Shown here piece after piece: positions 9,575-19,967 of a DNA stretch of 64,000 bases. The position numbers were made by a program, and so were the translations under genes. This DNA is from an uncultured Candidatus Saccharibacteria bacterium (GTDB taxonomy: Bacteria > Patescibacteriota > Doudnabacteria > UBA920): NCBI GenBank assembly GCA_964512925.1, contig CAZEKH010000002.1:122505-186504 (forward strand). The letters run 5' to 3'. Position 1 is the first letter of the stretch. The number at the start of each line of letters is the position of its first letter. The notes under the pieces are model-generated. The model saw only the letters and a program-made list of their open reading frames with translations. It was not told the origin of the DNA and ran no database searches.

Positions 9575-9901
9575 CTACATATCCAAACGAAACTCATAAC
9601 CATATTTTTTAAATCCATACTTAATGTAAAATTTATGTACTTCCTTTCTTTCCGTCCTGCTGGTCCCTATTAATTTATATAGCTTTAATTTTTTTGCTTC
9701 ACTGATGGCTTGGAGTAAAAGTTTGGTGCCTAAACCTTGCCCGCGGACTGATTCATCTACATACAAATCTTCCAAAAGCCCGTAAGCTTTCTTATGTAAA
9801 TCGTTTTGTATAACATATAAAAAAGCTCTTGCGACCTGCTTTTTGCCTTCCTTTACTTCAAATTTGACCACTTTAGATTTTTTAACTGATTTTGAAATCA
9901 T
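9575..9901 (-). CDS. GNAT N-acetyltransferase, GNA1-like
   Basis: GLLEDLYVDESVRGQGLGTKLL..AKKLKLYKLI..FYIKYGF; ATG at 9901 lies just after the yvcK stop. Confidence 0.85.
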   Translation of the reverse strand: MISKSVKKSKVVKFEVKEGKKQVARAFLYVIQNDLHKKAYGLLEDLYVDESVRGQGLGTKLLLQAISEAKKLKLYKLIGTSRTERKEVHKFYIKYGFKKYGYEFRLDM

Positions 9902-9908
9902 ATGTCTT

Positions 9909-10886
9909 TTATAATAAATCATAAATAACTTTGGCAAGTTTGTCCGGGTCGTGCCGGATAAAACTTCTTTCCAGCACATCGCCCATTGACCTCTTATAAA
10001 TAATATCAGAAAGCAAGTCTTTTTTTAGAATTTTCATTTCTTTGTTTAAAAAAGTCTTTTTGTTTAGCTCAACAAATTTCGCCCCGGCTTTTCTATACCT
10101 CTCGAGCAAAGCCGGCGCAGGCTTTTTTGTATTGATGACCACGGCGTTAATATCACCCCTTAAATATTTTTTTAGCTCGGAAACGAAATCAAAAGCAGTA
10201 AAACCGTCTGTCTGCCCGGGCTTAGTCATAATATTTATCACAAAAACTTTTTTTGCTTTTGCAGTATGGATTGCATTGACAATGCCAGGCACGAGTAAAT
10301 TTGGAAAAACGCTTGTATACAAATCCCCGGGACCAAATACGATTAAGTCCGCATTAGTTAAGGCCTTTATAACTTCTGGATTAGCTTTTATTTGTCTTTC
10401 CAATCGTAAATCTTTAATCTTAAATCTTAAATTATTTTTTCTCTCGTCTATGTTATGCTCGCCAATTATCTTTTTGCCGTTCGATAATTCTGCGACCAAA
10501 GTGGTAGGGTTTAAAGTCACCGGCAGCACTCTGCCTGTTACTTGCAAAAGCTCTGCCACATCTAACACTGCCCTACTCACACCGCCGGTTAATTTTTCCG
10601 CGCCCGCAATAATCAAATTCCCCAAATTATGCCCCTTAAGCGCGCCTTGGCTAAAACGCATATGGAACAAATCTTTGGTACTTTGCGGCGCGTCGCTCAA
10701 AGCTAAAAGACATTGCCTTAAGTCTCCTGGCGGAAACACCCCAAGCTCTTTTCGTAAAATTCCCGAACTGCCGCCATCGTCCGAAGAAGAAACAACGGCA
10801 GTAAGATTAACTTCAAATTTTTTTAAACCTGAAAGCAAAGTTGAAGTCCCTGTCCCGCCACCTATTATCACAATGCTCTTTTTCAT
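9909..10886 (-). CDS. yvcK: YvcK/GlmR family (UPF0052) UDP-GlcNAc-binding protein
   Basis: IGGGTG, DDGGSSG.LR, PPGDLRQCL, GHNLGNL, GEHNI, GPGDLYTS..PNL, NIMTKPGQT, RHDPDKLA. Confidence 0.9.
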   Translation of the reverse strand: MKKSIVIIGGGTGTSTLLSGLKKFEVNLTAVVSSSDDGGSSGILRKELGVFPPGDLRQCLLALSDAPQSTKDLFHMRFSQGALKGHNLGNLIIAGAEKLTGGVSRAVLDVAELLQVTGRVLPVTLNPTTLVAELSNGKKIIGEHNIDERKNNLRFKIKDLRLERQIKANPEVIKALTNADLIVFGPGDLYTSVFPNLLVPGIVNAIHTAKAKKVFVINIMTKPGQTDGFTAFDFVSELKKYLRGDINAVVINTKKPAPALLERYRKAGAKFVELNKKTFLNKEMKILKKDLLSDIIYKRSMGDVLERSFIRHDPDKLAKVIYDLL

Positions 10887-10958
10887 AGATTTTGCACGAA
10901 TGACAGATTATACAGATCTTACAAATATAGACATTTGTACTTTTTGTAAAATTAGTAA

Positions 10959-12152
10959 TTAGTGAATTATTTTCATCTCTCTCCCTACTTCTTCAAAAGC
11001 CCTAACTGCGGTATCCATTTGCTCTTTGGTATGGGCTGCGGAAATCTGCACGCGAATACGGGCTTTGCCTTTAGGCACAACCGGGTAAGTAAACCCGCGC
11101 ACATAAATGCCTTTTTCAAACAGCTTCTTAGCCATTTCCACTGCGATTTTTTCTTCCCCGAGCATAACCGGGGTTATGGGGTGTTTGCCATCCCCGCCCA
11201 AACTAAACCCGAGCTTCTCCATTTCTGTTCTAAAATATTTTGTATTCTGTTCCAATGTTTCGCGATACTGGATAAATTTTGCGTCATAATTCTGCAGCAC
11301 ATACAAAGCGGCATACGCAATCATAGGCGGAAGACTGTTGGAAAACAAAGTTGTCCGGCTGCGTTGATGTAAAAGTTCAATTATTTCTTTTTTTCCCGTG
11401 GCAAAACCCCCACCCGCCCCGCCTAAGGCTTTTCCAAATGTAGATGTTACAATATCAACTTTGTCTAAAACTCCTGCCTGCTCAATACTGCCTCTTCCGG
11501 TTTTACCCAACACCCCGCTAGCGTGGCTGTCGTCCACCATCACCAGTGCCCCATACTTTTCCGCTAAATCACAGATGTCTTTGAGTTTGGCAGTGATCCC
11601 GTCCATGGAAAATACTCCGTCTGTCGCTATTAACTTCCTGCGCCTCTCTCCTGCGGCCTTAAGCTGATTTTCTAGATCCTCTAAGTCAGAATTTTTATAT
11701 CTAAACCTTTCGGCCTTACACAACCGAACTCCGTCTATAATAGAAGCGTGGTTAAGCTCGTCCGAAAAAACAGCATCACCTTCTTTTAAAATAGTTTCAA
11801 AAAGTCCTGTGTTAGCGTCAAAACAAGAAGTGTACGTAATAGCATCTTCTGTGCCAAAAAACTTAGCTATTTCTTTTTCCAAATCTATATGTACTTGAGA
11901 AGTTCCAACAATAAACCGAACACTAGCCTCACCAAAACCGTATTTATCTATTCCCTCTTTTGCTGCCTTGGCCAAGTCACTACTCGAAGCCAAACCTAAA
12001 TAATTATTCGCGCAAAAATTCAATAAAGTTTTACTACCAATAGTTATCTCCGCCCCCTGCTTCCCCTCCAAAACCCCCACATCCTTCCACATCCCCGCAT
12101 TTTTTATCTCCTGAAGTTCATTTTCAAATTGTTGTTTGTAGTTTAGATACAT
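10959..12152 (-). CDS. kbl: 2-amino-3-ketobutyrate CoA ligase (glycine C-acetyltransferase)
   Basis: LNFCANNYLGL, ASVRFIVGT, SCFDANTGLFE, SDELNHASIIDG, TDGVFSMDG, DDSHA, STFGKALGG, ARIRVQISAAH. Confidence 0.93.
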   Translation of the reverse strand: MYLNYKQQFENELQEIKNAGMWKDVGVLEGKQGAEITIGSKTLLNFCANNYLGLASSSDLAKAAKEGIDKYGFGEASVRFIVGTSQVHIDLEKEIAKFFGTEDAITYTSCFDANTGLFETILKEGDAVFSDELNHASIIDGVRLCKAERFRYKNSDLEDLENQLKAAGERRRKLIATDGVFSMDGITAKLKDICDLAEKYGALVMVDDSHASGVLGKTGRGSIEQAGVLDKVDIVTSTFGKALGGAGGGFATGKKEIIELLHQRSRTTLFSNSLPPMIAYAALYVLQNYDAKFIQYRETLEQNTKYFRTEMEKLGFSLGGDGKHPITPVMLGEEKIAVEMAKKLFEKGIYVRGFTYPVVPKGKARIRVQISAAHTKEQMDTAVRAFEEVGREMKIIH

Positions 12153-12237
12153 ATAGCGACACTAATACCCGAATTTCACACGAATAACACGAATTAGTAT
12201 CATTCGTGTTCTATTCGTAAATTGGGGTCGGTTAAAT

Positions 12238-13425
12238 TTAAAATTTAATTAATATTTTCGGATTTTCAAGCATCATCTTTTCAAACTTTTCTTTACTATA
12301 ATCTCCAATATTTAGAATTGTGCCATTGCCGTTATTTAGCAAAACATTATACAGCCCATCCGCAATTCTGTTTTGTTTGTCTTCCAAAAGTTTTTGCGTG
12401 GTCTCCCAAGTCTCCCATATCTGCCTGCCAGCTACGCAGTGCATTGTTATGCCCTTCATCACTAGTTTGTTATAGTTTTCAAAAACAAAATCCCCACTTT
12501 TTAAGCCAAACAATATCACATCACCGCCCCGCCTAACTGAAGCAATAGCATTGTTTACCGAGTCGTTAAACCCAGCCATTTCAAAAGCCACATCTACACC
12601 AAGGCCATTCGTCAGCTTTAAAATTTCTGACACAATTTCTTTATTGTGATAATACCCTGTCTGATTCTTAATTCCTAATTCTTCATTATTAATTCTCAAT
12701 ACATGGTCAACACCCAACTTTTTCCCCATTTCCACAGCCTTTTCATTCGGTTCAACTCCAATGATAGTTTTTGCGCCCATACCCTTCAAAATCAAAACCA
12801 AAAACTGAGCAATGGGTCCAAGACCAAAAATTGCTACAGTTTTACCCCTAACATCCACTTTACTTGCGGCGTGAACAGCATTGCCAAAAGGCTCGTGAAG
12901 TACCGCGACCTCTTCCCGGATTTTACCGGTATCTACTTTCCACAAAACCTGCGCCGGCACTTTTGCGTACTGGGCAAACCCGCCGTCCACGCTAATTCCT
13001 AAAATCTTTTCATTGGTACAAACATTCTTCTGTCCGTTTTTGCACTGAAAACATTCGCCACAAACCACATGACTCTCACACGCCACCATATCCCCAACAT
13101 TCACATCTTTAACATTTGATCCTATATCTTTTACTTCGCCAAAAAACTCATGCCCGAGAATACGGTATGTTTTTTTATTTGTGTCATTCGTGTGCAATTT
13201 GTGTATTGGTGTCGCTTCTTGGTCTATTGACCCTAATATTGCCTCTTTAAACGCCATTCTATTCCAAATCCCGCGGTCTGTCCCGCAAACGCCAGCGTAG
13301 TGTACTTTTAAAATAACTTTGTCTTCATCCCCCTCGCCCAAAACCGGCTCAGGTATTTCTCTTAGCTCAAAACCCTTAGTCGTTTCCCAATCTGTTTTAC
13401 TTTTATCGAATATTAATGCTTTCAT
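12238..13425 (-). CDS. tdh: L-threonine 3-dehydrogenase (Zn-dependent)
   Basis: GVCGTD, GHEFFG, SHVVCGECFQCKNG..NVC, EPFGNAVH, GLGPI, GRQIWETW; adjacent to kbl. Confidence 0.88.
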   Translation of the reverse strand: MKALIFDKSKTDWETTKGFELREIPEPVLGEGDEDKVILKVHYAGVCGTDRGIWNRMAFKEAILGSIDQEATPIHKLHTNDTNKKTYRILGHEFFGEVKDIGSNVKDVNVGDMVACESHVVCGECFQCKNGQKNVCTNEKILGISVDGGFAQYAKVPAQVLWKVDTGKIREEVAVLHEPFGNAVHAASKVDVRGKTVAIFGLGPIAQFLVLILKGMGAKTIIGVEPNEKAVEMGKKLGVDHVLRINNEELGIKNQTGYYHNKEIVSEILKLTNGLGVDVAFEMAGFNDSVNNAIASVRRGGDVILFGLKSGDFVFENYNKLVMKGITMHCVAGRQIWETWETTQKLLEDKQNRIADGLYNVLLNNGNGTILNIGDYSKEKFEKMMLENPKILIKF

Positions 13426-13521
13426 AGTTAATCATTTTAACATATTAACAAATATAACATTTTATCAAATCTTTTATTTTCTGTAGGCATCTGTAGTGAA
13501 TTCTTTTTCGTTGTTCTGTAG

Positions 13522-15348
13522 TTATTCCACTGTCACGCTCTTAGCTAAGTTGCGGGGCCTGTCTACATCCCTCCCTAAAACAACTGCCATATGGTAAGCA
13601 AAAAGCTGTAAGGGTATGGTATTAAGTAAAGGTTCCAGTAGCTCCATAGTTTTTGGCACATAAATCACATCATCCGCTATTTCTTTGACTTCTTCATCGC
13701 CTTCTGTGGCAATAACTAAAACCTTGGCTCCGCGGGCTTTGACTTCCATTACACTGCTTTTCATTTTTTCATAAAGCTGATTTTTCGTCAAAATTGCCAC
13801 CACTGGCACATCTTTAGAAACCAAAGCCAATGGCCCGTGCTTCAAAGACCCTGCCGCAAGTCCTTCAGCGTGGATGTAAGTTATTTCCTCCATCTTTAAA
13901 GCCCCTTCCAAACTAACCGAAAAATTCACCCCCCGACCTATAAACAACATATCTTTGGCAGATGAATATTTTTCAGCAATTTTTTTTATTTCATTATTTA
14001 TTTTCAATACCGCATTCATTTTTTCTGGAATTTTTAAAAGTTCAAATAAAAAATCCTGCCCTGCTTTTTTTTCTATTCCCCTAACCCTGGCAAACTGCAA
14101 ACCATATAAAAATAAAACTGCGATCATATTTGTGTATGCCTTGGTAGATGCTACTGACAACTCAGGCCCAGCATGAATATAGCTCCCGGCGCCGGCTTCC
14201 CTGGCAATAGTAGAACCAATCACATTCACAATACCTCTTACTTTACCCCCTCGTAATCTTGCTTCTCTGGCGGCTATTAGCGTGTCTGCGGTTTCACCGC
14301 TTTGTGAAATTACAAACACCAAAGTTTCCGGCTCTACTATCGGATCGCGGTAACGAAATTCGCTGGAAAAATCTACCTCGCAGGGGATGCGCGACAGACG
14401 CTCAAAGACATTTTTTGCAGCCATTCCTGCATGTCTGGCAGTTCCCTCTGCCACAATCAGAATTCTTTTGATATTCAAAATTTCCTTTTCGTTCATATTT
14501 AAACCGCCCAGAACCGCTGAACCGTTTTCCATATTTAGCCTGCCTCTTATGGCGTCTTCAAAAACTACTGGTTGGTCAAATATTTCTTTAAGCATAAAAT
14601 GCTCATATCCAGTTTTTTGCGCTTCTTCCTTGTTCCATTCAATAGCAACAGAATCTTTTTTTATCTCTTCCTCTTTAAGGTTAATGACCTTTAAACTATT
14701 TGTTCGGATTATGGCAATCTCGCCGTCGTCCAAATATTTTACTTCTTTGGTAAAGGACAGCATTGGAGTAACATCGGAAGCCAAATAATATTCACCAGCT
14801 CCGATGCCTATAACCAAGGGGCTGCCCATCCGAGCCGCGACCAAAAGGTCTGGATGATCCTGATGCAAAACCCCAATTCCATAAGTCCCGCGGACTTTTA
14901 ACAATGCTTGTTTTACTGCCAACGCCAAATCATTTGTATAATATTTGCCTATCAGGTGTCCCAAAACCTCTGTATCGGTTTCGGAAGAAAATTTTATTCC
15001 ATCTTGTTCCAACTCTTTTTTTAATTCCCGATAATTCTCTATGATGCCGTTGTGAGCCAGCGCCAGTTTCCCCGCCAAAGCAAAATGCGGGTGAGCATTG
15101 TCTTCTGTCACCCCGCCGTGGGTTGCCCAACGGGTATGGGCAATGCCAACATTTCCAAACATTTCTTTATTGCCAATTTTTTCTGCCAGTTTATCTACCT
15201 TGCCCACGGCTCGAATTCTGAAAATCTTGCCGTTATCCAAAACTGCCACCCCGGCTGAGTCATAACCGCGGTACTCCAAATCCCGAAGCCCGGAAAGGAG
15301 AATCGGCAGCGCCTGCTTATGTCCAATGTAACCTACAATTCCACACAT
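13522..15348 (-). CDS. glmS: glutamine--fructose-6-phosphate aminotransferase
   Basis: MCGIVG, LEYRGYDSAG, HTRWATHG, HNGIIEN, SQSGETAD, ASTKAY, LKHGPLAL, PRNLAKSVTVE. Confidence 0.97.
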   Translation of the reverse strand: MCGIVGYIGHKQALPILLSGLRDLEYRGYDSAGVAVLDNGKIFRIRAVGKVDKLAEKIGNKEMFGNVGIAHTRWATHGGVTEDNAHPHFALAGKLALAHNGIIENYRELKKELEQDGIKFSSETDTEVLGHLIGKYYTNDLALAVKQALLKVRGTYGIGVLHQDHPDLLVAARMGSPLVIGIGAGEYYLASDVTPMLSFTKEVKYLDDGEIAIIRTNSLKVINLKEEEIKKDSVAIEWNKEEAQKTGYEHFMLKEIFDQPVVFEDAIRGRLNMENGSAVLGGLNMNEKEILNIKRILIVAEGTARHAGMAAKNVFERLSRIPCEVDFSSEFRYRDPIVEPETLVFVISQSGETADTLIAAREARLRGGKVRGIVNVIGSTIAREAGAGSYIHAGPELSVASTKAYTNMIAVLFLYGLQFARVRGIEKKAGQDFLFELLKIPEKMNAVLKINNEIKKIAEKYSSAKDMLFIGRGVNFSVSLEGALKMEEITYIHAEGLAAGSLKHGPLALVSKDVPVVAILTKNQLYEKMKSSVMEVKARGAKVLVIATEGDEEVKEIADDVIYVPKTMELLEPLLNTIPLQLFAYHMAVVLGRDVDRPRNLAKSVTVE

Positions 15349-15425
15349 TTAATTCACCAATTACGAATTTTACCAATATTACTAATAAATTTGTATAATT
15401 AGTAATATTTGTAATTCGTGCATAA

Positions 15426-16184
15426 TTATAATTTATTCCAGTTAAACTCAAAGATCATTTTTTGGGTTTGAAATATTGCTTGGTTTTGTATCACTACGCC
15501 CATAGGCTCTTCTTTTTCGTCCAGGCTGATGTGAGCAACTTTGCCGGCATAGATTATTTCGTGAGTAGATCCGACTTTTACCCCAGACCCAGAGACAGTG
15601 GATGGAATCGGCATATACTTTCTTTCATCCAAACCCATAAGCTGCCCCCCTTCGCCCAAAGAAATTATTTTTACCCCGATTTTTTTCGCAATTCTTTTTT
15701 TACTAAAGTCCGGCATATCCGCATACACGCTTTTTCTGTCCTTGGTGGTAGATGAGGAATACAGATAATATTCTTTTTCACCACAAGCCAAAACGTCTTC
15801 CAAAATTTGTTTTATGCCTTTAGCTCCCTCATAGAGTTTGACTGTGGGTTTGCCTCCCTGTTTTTCAAACAAAGTTTTTATATATGGCAGGCTGTTTTCC
15901 ACATTTTTTCTGACTTCGTCCAAATCTTCCTTTTTTTGGTCTATGGCAGAAAGCAGCTTTTCCGGTTGTTCCGCAACAAAATATTGCTTACTCTCTTTGT
16001 TAAAATAAGAAACTATACCCATTCCGATAAGCGACTTTAAAATGTCATACGAAGTGCCGCGGTTAACTTTGGATTTAAAAGCAATCTCTCGAACCGAAGA
16101 AGGACCTAACTCTACCAAGGCCAGGTAAACTGAAATTTCTTTTTCTGACAGGCCAAAATTTTTCAAAATTATCTGAATTTCCAT
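15426..16184 (-). CDS. TrmB-family transcriptional regulator
   Basis: FGLSEKEISVYLAL..wHTH..RGTSYDILKSL, AEQPEKL, KPTVKLYEG; own TTGACA-17-TAAGAT promoter. Confidence 0.88.
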   Translation of the reverse strand: MEIQIILKNFGLSEKEISVYLALVELGPSSVREIAFKSKVNRGTSYDILKSLIGMGIVSYFNKESKQYFVAEQPEKLLSAIDQKKEDLDEVRKNVENSLPYIKTLFEKQGGKPTVKLYEGAKGIKQILEDVLACGEKEYYLYSSSTTKDRKSVYADMPDFSKKRIAKKIGVKIISLGEGGQLMGLDERKYMPIPSTVSGSGVKVGSTHEIIYAGKVAHISLDEKEEPMGVVIQNQAIFQTQKMIFEFNWNKL

Positions 16185-16312
16185 AGATATCTATCTTAAA
16201 ACTAAGATACAATTTTGTCAAATATTTTTCTACAATTTCTGTGGATAATCAAAATACCTTATAAATATAAGGTATTTTGATTTAATTTTTTTAATGTTTT
16301 TTCTACAAATAT

Positions 16313-16843
16313 TTATTTCACGTAAATATAAATCTCATGATTGTCAGGTCTGTAAATTTTTTCCTGGTAAGAAAGTGTTGGAAAAGGAAAATCCCGCACT
16401 ACTGCTTTTGATCCCGGCTTCATCTCGCCTAAAAATTTTTCTTCTATCCTTCGCATTAGCGGTGGATAAAGATAGCAGTATATCACATCCGCCTCTGACC
16501 AATTTTCCTTAAAAAAATCTTTTCTTATAAATTTTGCCTTGGAATTTTTAAAGCAAGCTTTCACCCGAGCGAAAAAATGGGTCCAGCGGGTCAGCTCAAA
16601 GCCCACCACTTTGGCTCCGCTTAGTTCTTCGGCGAAAAAACACACCTTGCCATTGCCGCTACCCAGGTCAAAAAATACTTCCGTTGGCTTTAAATTTATT
16701 TTTTTTATAATATATTCTATGTCTTTTCGGCTCGTCGGCACAAACGGCACTCGAGTCCTTAAAAAGCCAAAAAACGCGCTGGAAATCACAAACACCAAAA
16801 CCAGGGTAAACAGCAAAAAAACAATTAAAAAAGCTAAATACAT
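16313..16843 (-). CDS. membrane-anchored class I SAM-dependent methyltransferase
   Basis: N-terminal TM helix, VPFVPT, DLGSGNG, GFEL, ADVIYCYL, MKPG. Confidence 0.85.
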   Translation of the reverse strand: MYLAFLIVFLLFTLVLVFVISSAFFGFLRTRVPFVPTSRKDIEYIIKKINLKPTEVFFDLGSGNGKVCFFAEELSGAKVVGFELTRWTHFFARVKACFKNSKAKFIRKDFFKENWSEADVIYCYLYPPLMRRIEEKFLGEMKPGSKAVVRDFPFPTLSYQEKIYRPDNHEIYIYVK

Positions 16844-16882
16844 ATTCTAAAGTATAATGGAAAATAAAAAATTGTAAAATTC

Positions 16883-16911
16883 AAAAGCCTCGCTTTTTAA
16901 GCGAGGCTTTT
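16883..16911 (-). terminator. rRNA transcript terminator
   Basis: AAAAGCCTCGC-N7-GCGAGGCTTTT immediately 3' of the 5S gene. Confidence 0.8.
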
Positions 16912-16917
16912 GTTATA

Positions 16918-17033
16918 GTGGGCAGCTACCTACTTTTGCGCTAGCATTCACTAGACTATCATCGGCCAAGATACGTTTGACTTCCGAGTTCGGGATGGGA
17001 TCGGGTCGTTCCTTACCTTGAAATGCCACCCGC
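16918..17033 (-). rRNA. rrf: 5S rRNA
   Basis: reverse complement contains CCCGATCCCATCCCGAACTCGGAAGTCAA and GCCGATGATAGT..AAGTAGGTAGCTGCC. Confidence 0.93.
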
Positions 17034-17293
17034 CACCCCGCCTTTTCTATGAAAGGGCGGGATAACTGATTGCATTAGATATAGCTTCCGCGTTTATCTG
17101 CATCCGCCAGCTGGCGGATCCGCGTTGTCTAATATAAATTGAATATTGGGTACAGCAAATTTGAAAAGTTGAACCGCTCAGAATGGCTGATATAAAATCA
17201 AAGCCACAAATCGCTAGTCAAAATAGATTAAAACTTTCGGTTGATTAGTATTGCTCGGCTGAACACATTACTGTGCTTACACCTGCAACCTAT

Positions 17294-17376
17294 ATGACCA
17301 GTATAAAGTATTCAGTATATTGTATTATGCATTGCTGCATAATACTTTATACCTTATACAAAATACTAGTATTGAT
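17294..17376 (-). other. 23S intervening hairpin insertion (near E. coli ~2833)
   Basis: AT-rich 7-nt-periodic hairpin interrupts CCTAT..ACGGGGTAGTCTTC; GCAA loop on the rRNA strand. Confidence 0.85.
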
Positions 17377-17684
17377 ACGGGGTAGTCTTCCCCGAACCTT
17401 TCGTCACGATCTTGCGATCGGACAACGAAACCTAGTCTTGCGGACGGCTTCGCGCTTATATGCCTTCAGCGCTTATCCTAACTAAACCTAGCTACCCCGC
17501 GATGCTCCTGACGGAACAACGGGTACACCAGAGGTTTATGCATCTCGGTCCTCTCGTACTAGAGATGCGCCCACTCAAGTTTCGTACACCCACAGCAGAT
17601 AAGGACCAAACTGTCTCACGACGTTTTGAACCCAGCTCGCGTACCGCTTTAATTGGCGAACAGCCAAACCCTTGGGAGCTTGTT

Positions 17685-17727
<43 letters not shown>

Positions 17728-18454
17728 CTCGTCGCTGTGGACGCTTGGAGAGGATCAGCCTGTTATCCCTAGAGTAACTTTTATCCGTTGGGCTTTGCGT
17801 CTTCCACTCGAACGCATCGGATCACTAACTTCGACTTTCGTCCCTGCGCGGGTCGCCGCCCTTGCAGTCAAGCATGCTTATGCGTTTGCGCTATCGGCAT
17901 GATTTCCATCCATGCCTAGCATACCTTAATAAACGCCTCCGTTACCATTTAGGAGGCAACCGCCCCAGTTAAACTACCCACGAGCCACTGTCCCAATGTA
18001 GGTTAAGCATTGGTTAGCAATTTCATCGCTGCAGGGTGGTATTTCACCTGTTGACTCCATACCAGCTGGCGCCAGTACTTCAAAGTCTCCCACCTAGGCT
18101 AAACAACAAAAATAAAATTGCAATGACACGCTATAGTAAAGCTTCATAGGGTCTTTCCGTCTTGCTGCGGGTAAGACGGCATCTTCACCGCCACTGTAAG
18201 TTCATCGGCATGTTCGTTAAGACAGTCCTCTACTCGTTATGCCATTCGTGCGGGTCGCAACTTACGCGACAAGGAATTTCGCTACCATAGGACAGTTATA
18301 GTTACTGCCGGCGTTCATCAGGGCTTGGCCGAGAGGCTTGCGCCGCCCGGTTTAACCTTCTGACACTGGCCAGGCATCAGCCCGTATACATCAGCTTGCG
18401 CTTTAGCACGGACCTAAGTTTTTGGTAAACAGTCGGGAGAGGTCTTTTGCTGCG

Positions 18455-18776
18455 GCCCTTTTAATATGCTGGATAATGGGGACCATCTAAAAGATGATCC
18501 AAAGGAGGGAGTCAGACTGATACTGGGATATCTGACATTTTAACCCCTTTTACTCCCAGATTTCGGGAACCCTCTTTTTTAATCTGCCAATTTCGGTGGT
18601 ATAACCTACCTACTCTACCCTTGTTATCGGGTTATCATGCCCAATCTGTTGAACATGACGTCAGATTTTGGCGGACAAACTGGGACGATAACTCCCCAGA
18701 CGCACGAGTTTTCAGCTCGTTGCTCACTTTGAGCTTTTTGTCCATAACTTTTCCATTACCCAGCATATAAAAGGGC
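18455..18776 (-). other. ~320-nt structured expansion/IVS in 23S helix 63
   Basis: closing stem 18455-18479/18753-18776 encloses about 270 nt of small hairpins. Confidence 0.85.
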
Positions 18777-19459
18777 AAGGTATATACCGAAGGTACACCT
18801 GCTTTTTTGCCGAGTTCCTTAACGAACATTGAGCCGGACGCCTTGGGATTCTCTCCCCATCCACCTGTGTCGGTTTACGGTACGGTCACCTTTAAACATG
18901 ACTTCGACGCTTTTCTTGAGACCTTGGTTTGCGCTAATTCCCGTTGCCAGGTTTTCCCATATATTCAGGCTTACTGCTAGACCTGACTCATCTCTTGCGA
19001 GGTAGAATTAAGCCTGCTGAAGGCTTTCCGGATTTGCCTGGAAAGCCGCCCTACGCGTACAGAAACGCCAATAGTCAAATAACGCTAACGCTACCAAAAT
19101 CTGTCCCGCCTAAGATAATTTAAAGGTGGTTATGGAATATCAACCATATTTTCCATCGGGTCCAGCCCTTGGGCAGAACTCTTAGGACCGACTAACCCAG
19201 GGACGACAATCGTTGCCCTGGAAACCTTGGATATTCGGCGAAGAGGATTCTCACCTCTATATGATATTACTTATTCCAACATTCTTACTTGTATGCGGTC
19301 CACGGCGCCTTACGGCTACCGCTTCAGCCTGCATACAACACTCCTCTACCAATCACAAAAAATAAATTTAATGTAATTCCACATCTTCGGCACCAAGCTT
19401 AGCCCCTATAAATTGTCGGCGCAGGATCGCTTGACCAGTGAGCTGTTACGCTTTCTTTA

Positions 19460-19496
<37 letters not shown>

Positions 19497-19884
19497 GAGC
19501 AACCCCACATCCTTTGCACTATAGCTTGGATTTGGGGGCCTTAGACGGTGGTCTGGGCTCTTTCCCTTTTGTCTGGTGGAGCTTAGCCCCCACAGACTGA
19601 CTCCTGAGTTGTTACCTTTAGAATTCGGAGTTTGGTTCGAGCCTACCGCTTGCGCAGCAGGTTTCGATTCAGTGCTCTACCTCTAAAGGGAAGACTCAAG
19701 GCTAGCCCTAAAGCTATTTCGAGGAGAACCAGCTATCACCCGGTTCGATTGGAATTTCTCCCCTACGCACAGCTCATCCCCTATTTTTGCAGCAATAGTG
19801 GGTCCGGACCTCCCTCTGTTTTTACACAGAGTTCATCCTGGCCATGCGTAGCTCACTCGGGTTTCGGGTCTAACTCACGCGACA

Positions 19885-19967
19885 TATAAGATAAGTATTA
19901 AGTATTTAGTATCTTGTATTAAGGGTTGCTCAATACTTAATACTGTCTACTTAATACTATTCTTATT
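19885..19967 (-). other. 23S intervening hairpin insertion (near E. coli ~654, H31)
   Basis: AAGTATT-periodic hairpin between GCGAC and CGGACTATTAA. Confidence 0.85.

Noticed and set aside
10042-10962. 306-aa plus-strand ORF and other antisense shadow ORFs (e.g. 51214-51729, 57063-57689)
   Set aside because: They lie opposite well-supported genes and have no motifs.
3800-15421. Periodic repeats as a CRISPR array
   Set aside because: Units are 7-9 nt, degenerate and inverted, with no constant repeat/unique spacer pattern and no cas genes.
15349-15425. glmS ribozyme upstream of glmS
   Set aside because: The gap is only 77 nt and is filled by an AT-rich repeat hairpin; no ribozyme core is visible.
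18455-18776. Group I intron or hammerhead interpretation of the H63 insert
   Set aside because: The site is a variable helix rather than a conserved intron site, and I could not see P7-type or CUGAnGA/GAAA core motifs; a covariance search is still needed.
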